Part shown: piece by piece, positions 1 through 11,575 of the stretch
How the letters are laid out: each line of letters opens with the position of its first letter
How positions within the stretch are numbered: the stretch's first letter is position 1
DNA from: Piromyces finnis finn
Taxonomy: Eukaryota > Fungi > Neocallimastigomycota
Assembly: GCA_002104945.1 (NCBI GenBank)
Contig: MCFH01000176.1
Location: 1 to 21,164 of the forward strand
Length of the DNA stretch: 21,164 nucleotides
Direction of reading: 5' to 3'
Translations under genes and position numbers: made by a program
The notes under the pieces: generated by a model
Seen by the model: the letters and a program-made list of their open reading frames with translations, nothing else
Databases searched by the model: none
Told to the model about the DNA's origin: nothing

Positions 1-2538
1 TTTATTAGTTATTATTTACTCATTCATTTATTTATAAAATGAATTTTTTACCATTTTTAGTAAATTTCTTTTTTTTTTTTTTAGTATTGCCCCAAACTAA
101 ATTTACCATGAAAAAATGCCTAAAAATTAAAAAATGACCATTGAATTTGGCAGAAAATATAAATGAAAAAAAGTATCGCCAAAAATGATATTTTAAAAAA
201 TAAAGTATTAATGAAATATTAAATAACATTAAATCTTATTATGCTTTACTTATTCATTCATTTGAAATCTTGTTCTTTAAAAGTTATTATTTAAAAGCAT
301 TAAATTTTATAAATATTTATTTACATTTATTCATTTACTTTAATTAGCATTTATTTATTCTTTCATTTAATTTTAAATTTGTTATGTAATGTGATATATA
401 TTATAGTATATTTTAATATATTATAAAATGCCATGTTTTGATTAAATTTAAATTTTTAAATTATAAACTTTGGTTAAATGGTTCATATATATTCCAATTT
501 ATTAATTAATATATTGGTCAATTTAATAAATAATGTATTTAATATATTAAATATATAATCTAATATAAATAAATATTACTAATTACTAATATATTAATAA
601 TATATACAATAGTATTAAATGTATTTATATTATAATTTATTGTAATTTAAACTATAATTCAATTCCATTATATATTATTTATTGTTTTAATTAAATTTAA
701 TTCATTAAAGTGTCAAAAAAAAAAGTATTTTTGTTTTTTGTTCTAAAAGGCCTGAAAAGTAGTAAATAAAAAAAAAAGAAATATTATATATTTTTAGGAT
801 GAAAGGACACCTACATACTAAATTCATTATACTGTTAGTGATATAATTTTTATAATTTTTTTTTGAGAATTTTCTACCTTTCAAAGGAACTTTTGTTAAA
901 TGGAGAAGAATTTAATTTTTTTTTTTAAAAATTCTTTAATAAAAGTTTAATTAAATTTTAAAAATTAAAAAAATTAAATTTTAATTATGGCTTATTATAT
1001 TAAAAATATAATAACAAATGGATTAAATATTATAAACACTAATTGTTAAAAGTGGCAAATTAAAAATTAAATAATTACGGTTTTTTTAATTTCTTTAAAG
1101 AAATTGCCGCTTTGTTATTGAGAAATATTAAAAAAATTGTCCAAAAAAAGTGACTTTTTACCTTTTTTTGAAGATGAAGAAAAAACCAAAAAAAACCAAA
1201 AAAAAAAAAAAAAAAAAAAACTAAAATGCAAAGCAAACAAATTATAAAAGCAAAAAGTGTAGTAAAAGTATTTTATTTATATAAACCTTTTGTTCATAAT
1301 AATTCTATAATTATAAATGTTTGTTTATGATAAAGTTAAAATAATTTTGAGGCAAGAAAATTTGTCATGAATTCTTTTAAAGATGCTGAATTTTTTTTTT
1401 TTTTTTATTATTTAAATAGTAAAACTTTATTTATTATAAAAATTTTGATGATGAGGATTTACATCAAAAAAAAAATTTTTTTTTCTTTATTTTTCCCTTT
1501 CTTTTTTTATTAATAAAAAAAAAAAAAAATCTTTTTTTTTTTCTTTAAATTGTTGATTATAAAAAAGTGAACATTTTATTCGTTATTTTAATAAGAATAA
1601 CGGAAATAACAGCAATATTTATATAATAATATTTATATATAGTTGTAAATAAATAAAGCAATTTAATTATTTAAAAAGAAATACTATTACTATCACGCAT
1701 TCACCTTTTAAAATATAGGTATATCTATTCTGAAAAGAAGGCAAGAAAAAAAAAAAAAGTAAATGTTTATTCATTGATGATAAAAATAAATAAATAAATA
1801 AACGATACAAATAATAATAATAATAATAAAGATAAAGAAAAAAGAGAAAGTTTATTATAAAATATTATTCAAATTCAACACAACAATATAAATTACAGCA
1901 AAGTAAAATTCACCATTATAAATATTATTAATTCTTGATTTTTTTTTAAAAAAAATAAAAATTAGTAAAAAAAAAAATAATAATAATAATTTGGAAACAT
2001 TCAACAAGTATAATTGAATTTGGAAAGAGAAAAAATTTAAATTTATTTAAATAAAAACCAATATAAATTTTGACTAAATGATAATATCTTTAGTCCTATA
2101 ATAAATAGTATAATAATTGATTAGGAAAGAAAAACTAAAATATTTATTATATTTTATTAAAAATTAATTATTAACTATATTTATTTAATAATTTTACTTT
2201 AATATAACAAATATAAAAAAAAATAAGAATATTGGAAATGATAATAGTGGAATAATAATAAGATTTTAGAGAAAGAAAAACTTGAAATAAATATATGAGT
2301 GTTGAAAGTAGATTAATTATAATAAAATTTTAACTAAACCAATAAATACTATAGAAAGAGAAAGTGGAGTGGAATCATAAAAAGTGATAAGAATAAGAAT
2401 AAATAATAAATAAGAATAAAATTAACATATATCAAATCAAAAATCTAGTAGAATTCAACTTGACATATTTTACCAATATATAAATTTGGAAAAATAATTA
2501 TATATCTATTTTTTTTTAAAAAAAAAAAAAAAGTAAAA

Positions 2539-3835
2539 ATGGAAAATAATAATAATAATATCGGTAATTTTAAGTAAAAGAACAATAGAATTAAATATAT
2601 TTTCTCATTTGTGTGAAAGATATATTTAAATTTATTTGTTTCTTTATATAGATTTCGATATGTATTTAAATATTTTTACTAAGTGAAATATTATATATTT
2701 TTTTTTTAATATTTAACCATTATATATATATATAATATTATATAAAATATTTTTCTTTAAATAAAAAAAAAAAGGATTCATTGGTAGTGAAGGTACCAAT
2801 CAATATAGTAACCCATATCAAAGTGATTTATATTCTCAACCAAGTATTAAACGTAAAGCAAAAGAAATTGCTGAGGAAAATAAAAGAGCTTCACAACAAT
2901 ATTTAAATCATTCACCAAAAATTAGTGCAGAAGCAATAAATCAAAACGATATAACTAATTTAAATTCAATTATTGATTCTAATCATAGTATCGCTGCAGA
3001 ACCTATTGAAAGTAATAATCCTCCTGTTGTTAATAAACCTAAAAATATAAAAAAATCCAACAAAATGGGTCATGATGAAAATAAAAGTTCAAAAGCTTTC
3101 CTTCTTGCAGACGGTGCCACCACAATACCAATTCATGACGATGAAGAAAAATCCATGAAACCACCAAGAAAAAGTACCGTATGTTGTTTATGTTGTCCAT
3201 TATGGTTATGTGTTAGTATAACAGTAGCTATTTTAATCTTTATTGGTGTCATGGTATTAATCTTTTGGCCAAAAATTCCAAATGTTGATATTGCTGAAAT
3301 TCAATTATCAAGTGTAAAGGAAGGAAAAAGCCCTATTCGTTATGAAATTCCTTCAGCAATTAATGAAAATAAGGGTGGTGTAGAAATTGATTTGGATATT
3401 AATGTTAATGTCAAGAATGACAACTTTTATAATTTATATGTACATAGTTTAGATACCAGAATTTTCCTTCAAACTGCTAATCTTGAAAAGACTTTAGTAG
3501 GAAAAGGTGGCCAAAAAGATTTAAAATTCGAAAATCATTCCACTACAAAATTTACACTTCCTGTAACAATTGGTTACTATGTTAATGATGTTTTAAAGGA
3601 TAAAGCTTTAACCTATTTATTAAAAGCTTGTTCCTATCAAGAAACTATTGAAATTCAATATGAAGTTGATATTGGTATTTATATTATTGATCTTGTCTAC
3701 AGTCCAACTTATAAGGGTAGGGTCTCTTTCCAATGCCCAAGAAGTGATTTACAAGATGGTAGTCTTGAAAATGTTTTAATGGGTGATATCTATTCAAGTA
3801 TTAATGACTACTTTTCAAATTTTGCCGGTATTTAG
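2539..3835 (+). CDS. Type II single-pass membrane protein with LEA_2 (NDR1/HIN1-like) domain; join(2539..2563,2775..3835), 361 aa
   Basis: The ORF-track frame is open upstream to 2765 with no ATG. A 25-nt exon (ATG GAA AAT5 ATC G|GTAATT) splices in phase 1 to AAG|GA TTC ATT GGT at 2775, giving 1086 nt in total. The protein has a polar low-complexity N-terminus, then CCLCCPLWLC, a hydrophobic helix ending FWPKIP, and the LEA_2-like beta pattern DINVNVKNDNFYNLYV...LVGKG...TTKFTLPVTI. Domain call is from pattern recall, not a search. Confidence 0.8.
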
Positions 3836-4437
3836 GTGTAAATGAGAAAGGAAAAAAAAAAAAAAGAGGGGGAATAAAATAAAAAAATACCTATGAAACT
3901 TTATCTTTTTCATTCCCGTTTTAAAACTATATAAATATACGTATTGAACATGAGGGTGACTTTTTTTTTTTTTTTTTTTTTTTACATAATTATATATGAT
4001 TCATTTTATTATGTAGTTATTATTAATGAATGGTATTGATATACCTCTTTTTTTTTTTAAAAAAAAAAAAAATATTAGTTTTCGTTTATAAATATTTATA
4101 AAATTATAAAATTGTTTTTGTTTATATATTTTTAAAATTACCATAGATATAAATGATAAATTACTTATATCTATTATATCTTTTAAAAAAAATAAACATT
4201 TTTTTTATATATATTCTACACTATTTATGTAACTAAATAAAGGAAAAGAAAAAAAATAAATAAATAAAACCGTTTTCTTCTATTTTAATTTTAAAATATA
4301 TTACTTTATTGTTGGAGGAATATAACATTAAACACTTTGAAAAAAAAAAAAAAAAAAGCACTCCTTTCGTTTAACATCATTTTTTTTTTTTTTTAAACAA
4401 ACAAGAATAAATATTCAAACATGAAATATTTATTATT

Positions 4438-4727
<290 letters not shown>

Positions 4728-5111
4728 TATTAAATAACACCATATTTTATACTTTATAATTATTCTTTTTTTTTTTTTTTTTCAATAATAATATTATATC
4801 ATTATTTCAATTCTATTTTTATTTAAATATTATTAATAATAATTGAAAAAACAAGCAAACAAGCAATTGTTTTATAATTATTAATTTAATAAATTTAATA
4901 ATAATATTTCAATAATGAAACTATAGAATAAAAAAAAACAATAATAATATTATTATTAATTTGATTTAATAAAGATTCAGTCATTTATTGAAAAATTAGA
5001 GCTGTTTTTTTTTTTTTTTTCTTTTAATTATTTTTATACCATACTATTGTGTAATACGATATAAAAATAATTAAAAACTAGTGATGTTATTAAACGTGTG
5101 TGTTGCTATAG

Positions 5112-5179
5112 TATTCATTCCAATAACACTCATTAAATAATACTCATTCCGTGTAATCTAAATGTTTCCTATTCATTCT
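5112..5179 (+). promoter_or_regulatory. Three TAYTCATTCY motifs at exact 29-bp spacing (candidate TEA/ATTS-factor sites) upstream of the ankyrin gene
   Basis: TATTCATTCC at 5112, TACTCATTCC at 5141, TATTCATTCT at 5170. CATTCY is the established AbaA/Tec1 consensus. Function is inferred only. Confidence 0.3.
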
Positions 5180-5321
5180 TTTTTTCGACCAATTTAATGA
5201 CCATTTTATAACCATTTTCTGTAAAAAAAATTTTTTTTGATTTACTTTATTTAAAGAGAAAAAAATAATTATTAAAAAAATTATAGTCAAATAGTTTTTT
5301 TCTTTTATCTTTATATTTTGA

Positions 5322-6019
5322 ATGATGTTTGATATGTTTAATATGTTTAATAATTATCATACTGATGATAGCGATAATAATCCTGAGCTGTGTTTATTTA
5401 TTCAAAGAAATGATTTTAATGGATTCAAAAATTATATTGAAACAAAAAAAGTCAATTTATATGGTATGAACGCTACCAATCCTGAAAAAAAATGTTTATA
5501 GCATTTGATATTCCAATTTTTGATATATTAATATATGCTATAAAGAATAATGCTTTTTTGGATATTATAAAATATATTATTGAAAAAACACCATATACTG
5601 AATTAAACTATGGAGTAAAAGAACACCATAAATCGTTTAAAATACCACTTTTCGAAGCAATAGCTAAAAATAATTTTAAAATAGCCGATTTATTAATAGA
5701 AAAGGGAGCCGATTTAAACTATGAATATTACCGAAGCTGGTGTAAAGTAGATGATATCTGGGACTATGTTTTCAGATATTGTGGTCGTACTGATCAAGAT
5801 ACGGAATTAGATTATTATCATTATGTGAATGCTGATGTCTTTAATTATTTACGTGAATTTGATTGTCTTAATAATGAAAACTACAAGTATTTAGAGAAAA
5901 AAGGATTAAGCTTAGAAATATCCTATAATCAATATTTAGATGACAAACGTAAAGAAATCGAAGAAAGAGAAAAAAGAAGAATAGATTTAATCAACAAATA
6001 TTTTACTCCAAGAAAATAA
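5322..6019 (+). CDS. Short ankyrin-repeat protein; preferred model join(5322..5463,5502..6019), 219 aa
   Basis: An upstream ORF MMFDMFN...ETKKVNLY stops at TAG 5499-5501. A GTATGA...TTTATAG intron (5464-5501) joins it in phase 1 to the 5492 frame. The ankyrin motif is PLFEAIAKNNFKIADLLIEKGADLNY, and FDILIYAIKNN...IIKYII is a degenerate repeat. Confidence 0.7.
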
Positions 6020-7768
6020 AATATATTTATATAAAATTTTTTTTTTTTTAAAAAAATAATCTCTATTGTAATAAAAGTTTTTGTAATAATGAAATTGTAT
6101 ATTACATTGAAATTTCAAAAGGGAATCAAGTTATTAAAATTTGACCAAAATACTTTTGTATCCATATTATTTTTGGGATTTCAATAAATTAATTGAATTC
6201 CAAAAAAACTTTAAATATCACAAAAAATAAAATTAACTAAATTACATAAAGAAGCAAGAAAATGTAATATAGTTGTAAAAATAAAAAAAAAATGAAATAC
6301 AAAGATAATTATTACTTTAATAGAATTACCAAAAAAAAAAAAAAAAAGAAAAAGAAAGAAAGAAAAGAAATTTAGAAAAATCTTAATTTTTCTATCTTTC
6401 TGTATTCTATCATTATATCATTTATAGATTTAAAATGATAAATAATGATATAGATTAAAATAGAAAAAAAGAAAATAATTCGTAAAGATTATTTATTTAA
6501 GCATTATAAAGATTTTAATTATTTATATCTATTATTTAATAGTTAAATTGAAATTTAAAAAATATTATTTATATATAATAATGTCTATTACTTTTTTTTT
6601 GATACAGTAAAATAGCAGTAGTATGTATATAATTATTAATTTAAAAAAAAGTTTATTCCTTTATCATTTTATTATTAAACTTTATATTTGAAGAGTTGTA
6701 TTCATCATCTGCTTTTTTATATATATACAAGATATAACCAATTATAATCTTAGAGTTGTATTATAAATTATTATATAACTACAACTAATTATACATTAAA
6801 CCTGAAAAAATTAATATACTTTTTAATTTGTTTAAAAAATAAATAAAAAAGTCTAGATTTTTAAAGAATTTCAAAAAATCGATAATGGTTATGATAATCA
6901 TGAATAGAATTAATGTATTTGAGTTATTATAATCACAATTAAATTATTATAAACTTGCTCTCTTTAATACGGATTAATTCCTTCAATAAATATTAACTAT
7001 GAATATTTAAAAAAATAAAGAATCTCAATTAGATCTATCATAGAGTTAATGCACTGTTGAAGAAGTCAAAGACAGGAAAAACAAACACAATGAAAAGTTA
7101 AATATATTCTAAAATAATGTAACAGATTTTAAAATAATGTAACATAAATAATACAAGATTATTATTATTGTATCATTGTGTTACCAAAGTAATAATGAAC
7201 AAATTATTCATTTTATATGGATCATCCATAGTATCGTCATATCATGTGACAAATACATTGATATGGGTTACAAGTTTAAAGAAATAAGTATTTGTTTTAT
7301 ATAAAGCAAGACAAATGTTATTATTTGTAATTTGGAAATATATAAAAGAATGTTAAGTAAATTGAGAGTCATAAATTCTATATATAAATATAGTGGATTT
7401 CTGTAAATAAATATTAAATAATGAATAAACTTAAAATATGATATATCTTAAATATAAAAGAATAACTAATTTTGTTCAATCGAAAGTCCATTTTACATTC
7501 TATATGAATAATATTAAAAAAAAAAAAAGAGATGAAGTTTTCATTTTTAATAAAATTCAACTATGTTAAATATGCCAATGCTAGATAAAAAGAAATTGAC
7601 ACACTGTACAGTAATATATTATTCAAAAAAAATATTATTTACCTTTATATATTTTTAATTATTATAATACCAATACTATTAAATATAATATTGAAAACAA
7701 TTTAGTAATTGATCTTGAAATTGAAACAAACAAACAAAAAAAAAGTAAAAACGTAATGAGAAATTAAG

Positions 7769-7800
<32 letters not shown>

Positions 7801-9442
7801 ATTATTTCATGGAATATTCAATTTATTAATCAATTTTATTAATTCAAATATTTTCTTAAAATAGGATAAAGTTTTTTTTTTTTTCTTAAGTACTAAAATA
7901 TTAATTTATTAGAATGATCCTAATAATTATTTTAAGGAAAAGTGTATACTTGATTACTTTTTTTACTAGATTCAGTCTATCTTACAGAAGTTTTGACATA
8001 ATTGTTTGACTTATTAAATGGATAATTTAATCCTATCCTTTTTAAATTATTAAATAATTACTACTTGAAAATATTATTATAATTATCTTTGGGTTAAAAT
8101 CCATATCAACTGTATATACATATTATAAGATATATTATTATTATTTAATAATGTAATTATTAATATTCTTAAATATTGTTTATTACCATATACTGTATTA
8201 TTATAAAATATCATATTAATGTAATATGTAATACAAATATTGTACATTAATTTTTTATTTAAAAAATGTAACATCTTTTAAATTATTGTAAAACCTAAAA
8301 AATTAATAAATTTTTTTTATTTATTATTAATTGGATTTAGAATATCAATTAATAAATTAAATAAAGTAATATATTACAATAAATTATAATATATTGCAGT
8401 ATATTTCCTTTTTTTTTTTTTTAATAATCGGATTTAATATTTTTAATTTTTCAAAAACCAAATCGTCGGAGAAGAGGAAAAAGGTTAAAAAAAGTTTTTT
8501 TTATAAAGTAGTAGTAGTAGTAATAATAAAATAGTTTAATAAGGATAATATCATTTATATACTAATTTTAATTTCATTTTATTGAACAACTTTTTTTTTT
8601 TTTTTTAAAAAATGTTATTACCGAGTAAAGTTTCATTTCCTGTAACATAACTTTAAAACTGTAATCATACAAGAAAGTTATCTTGATATAAATAGTAAAG
8701 TAATGACTCCTTTTTTTTTTATATTTTCATTTTTAGTTTTAATGAATTTGAACATAAAAATTAGGTTGTAGCAGCAATTATTTTATTTTATACCATTTAA
8801 ATAATACTTTTACAAGGTTGTAAAGAAATGTGAATATTTTAAATAATCAATTATTGGGTACAAGTAGTTATAATATCCTAATATATGATACACTTTTATT
8901 ATAAAAAAGTTATTGCTAGTTATTTTTCTCCTTTCACCCTTCTTTTTTTTATTCTTTTTCATCAAAGCAATTTTTTTTTAATTATAATTATTATAATTAT
9001 TTTAAAAGTATAATAATAATTAATAATTAACAATAATATTTATAAAAAAGTTTATTAAAGTTAATCTTTAAAAGTCCATAAAGAAATAAAGTGAAGAAAA
9101 GTATTTAAAAAGCTTATTATTTATTTTTTTTGATAACGGTAATTAATTCACTTTTTTTTTTTCTTTTATCATTATCTTATATAATAATTACTTTTTTTTT
9201 TTTATGAGATTATTAAATAAATATAATATTTATAAATTCTATTTCATTTTTTTTAACTTTATAATACTCTTTATTTCACATAGAATAAAATATATATTTA
9301 TAATAATAAAGAGATACACTTTTTTTTTTTTTACTTGTCTTCTACCATCACCACCATAATTTTTGTAGATAACAAACTTTTTATTATTTTTTTTATTAAA
9401 ATTTTTTATTATAAATTAAAATTAATATAAAGAAAAAAAGAA

Positions 9443-9476
<34 letters not shown>

Positions 9477-11575
9477 ATAAAAAGTAATTTTTTTTTCTTT
9501 ATTATTAATAATTAAAATTGAAATTGAAATTTCTTTTTATATTTACTTGTTAATAATTAAGAAAAGAAAAGAAAGAAAAACAAACCAAAAAAAAATAAAA
9601 AACAAAAAAAAAAAAAAAAAAACAAAATAAAAAATAAAAACTTTTATTTTTCTTTTCTTTACTTTTTTTTTTTTATTTTTTTTTTTTAAAGATTTATTGT
9701 TTTCTTATAATACTTTTTTTTTAATATATTAAAATCACATTATCATCTTAATTGAACATATATATATAAAAAAGGATTGGAAATAAATAAATATATATAT
9801 AAAAAAATAAATAAAGCAAGTAAAAAAAACAAAACAAAACAAAAACAAAATAAAAAAATAAACAAAAAAAAAAAAAAAAACCAAAGAGAGAAAGAGGAAT
9901 TAAAAACATATATTAATTATAAATAATACAATATTAGTTATTCCTGAATTAAAAGATATTTCAATATTTCTTTTATTGATTGTATCATTTAATAATATTA
10001 AGAATATCAATATTAATAATCAGCTATAACTTTTTTTTAATCCATATTAATTAATATTCATTTATCATAATACCAATTCATATTTTAATATTCGTAAATT
10101 CTTTTGAATAAAGAACATCAAAAATTATCCATTAATTCGTAAAAATCATTTCAATTTATTAATAAATATAATACTATTTTAATTTTCATCAATTAAATTC
10201 ACATTTATAATTTGACACCATCAATTAACTAAATAATATAATTATATGTTAATTGTAATTTTGTTTTTATTTTTGAAGAATAATTTATATAGATTAAAAA
10301 AATATATAAAATTTTATTGAAAAAATAATAAATATTATTTAAGTTACGTTTTTTTTTTTCAATAAAAAAAATAGAAGGTAATAATTATTAAAGAAAAAAG
10401 CAATTTATAAGTGATTTATATAATAATTTACAAGACTTTTCATTTTAAAAGATATTCTTAGTAACGTAACAAATCTTTTTTTTTTATTTTTGTAAATCAA
10501 AATTGATTATAGTAGCACTCAATAAATAATAGAAGAAAAGGTTTGTATTATATAAGTTATTAAATCCTTTTATTTAATTGTATAGTATTAATTCATAATA
10601 ATAAATTTATTTTTTTTTTGTATTCAATTTTTTAGAATGTAAGTAGTATTTAATATTTTCTAAAGTATTTGATGATGCCTATTTTATTTTCTATTTCAAA
10701 AATATTTAAAAGATTGCGTATTTAATATAAATTAAGGACATTAATTGGTAATTATGAAATTTGATAAAGTAATAAAATATTTTAAGATATTAATGACAGC
10801 AATAATAATTAAACATTTCCATTTATGTTAATAAAAAATAAACAACAATATTTATTAATTTAATTCTTATTTTTTATATTTAATAAATATATATATTTAT
10901 TATGAAATACAAAATCTAGTTCAAATGTCAATTTTACTTTCAGTCTGTAATTTAATCAATATATATTTATTTTTACCAAACATTGGTTTTATAAAATAAT
11001 ATATACATATTTGTTTATATTTATAATGTTTATAAATCATAAAATTTATTAAATGTTTTCAAAATCTGTTAAGGAAAAAACAATGTTGAATTTAAAATAG
11101 AAAATAAATAGACAATCTATATTAAACACTTTTATTTATATAATACTAAATAATAATTTTTTTATTATTTATGTATAACTCTTTAAATAATGTACAAAGT
11201 ATTTCAATATTCAATATATTTAAGTATCTGTTATTTCACATCATACAATCCCATTATAGTAGGTATTCTCTCTTTTTATATAATTTATAATACCTATTTT
11301 CAATTTAATTAATAGATTAAAAAGGAAAAAGTATATAGACAATTTAAAGAATATTTTACTTTTGACATGTTTTAAATTAAAAAAAAAAAAATTAAAGTAA
11401 AACAAGCAGTGAACAGTACTAATAATAAAAAAAATGTTTTATTATATTTATAAAACAAAGAAAAAACCTTAATAATAAAGATAGTTAAACAGCAATAAAG
11501 TCAAAGTTTAACAACAACTGAAAACAAATTACACACACATATATATAGTAAATTAAAATTGTAAAGAAAGGAAAA

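Noticed and set aside
32-229. 65-aa minus-strand ORF
   Set aside because: F/K/I-rich translation of homopolymer DNA with no recognisable motif; typical chance ORF.
4048-4072. Recurrent T(n)A(n) inverted runs (T11A14 here and at 11683-11707; T9A15 at 2509-2532) as hairpins or cruciforms
   Set aside because: Expected from slippage in such AT-rich DNA; A(n)T(n) runs also occur, and there is no consistent position relative to genes.
5112-5179. CRISPR-like reading of the regularly spaced 10-bp repeat
   Set aside because: Repeat and spacers are far too short, there are only three copies, no cas genes, and the context is eukaryotic.
8083-8274. 63-aa minus-strand ORF
   Set aside because: I/N/Y low-complexity product of AT-rich DNA; no splice or motif support.
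9930-10230. Minus-strand fragments vaguely ankyrin-like (NVNLIDEN, IKEILKYLL)
   Set aside because: The fragments are in different frames with many stops; indistinguishable from chance by eye. TBLASTN with the ankyrin family would settle it.
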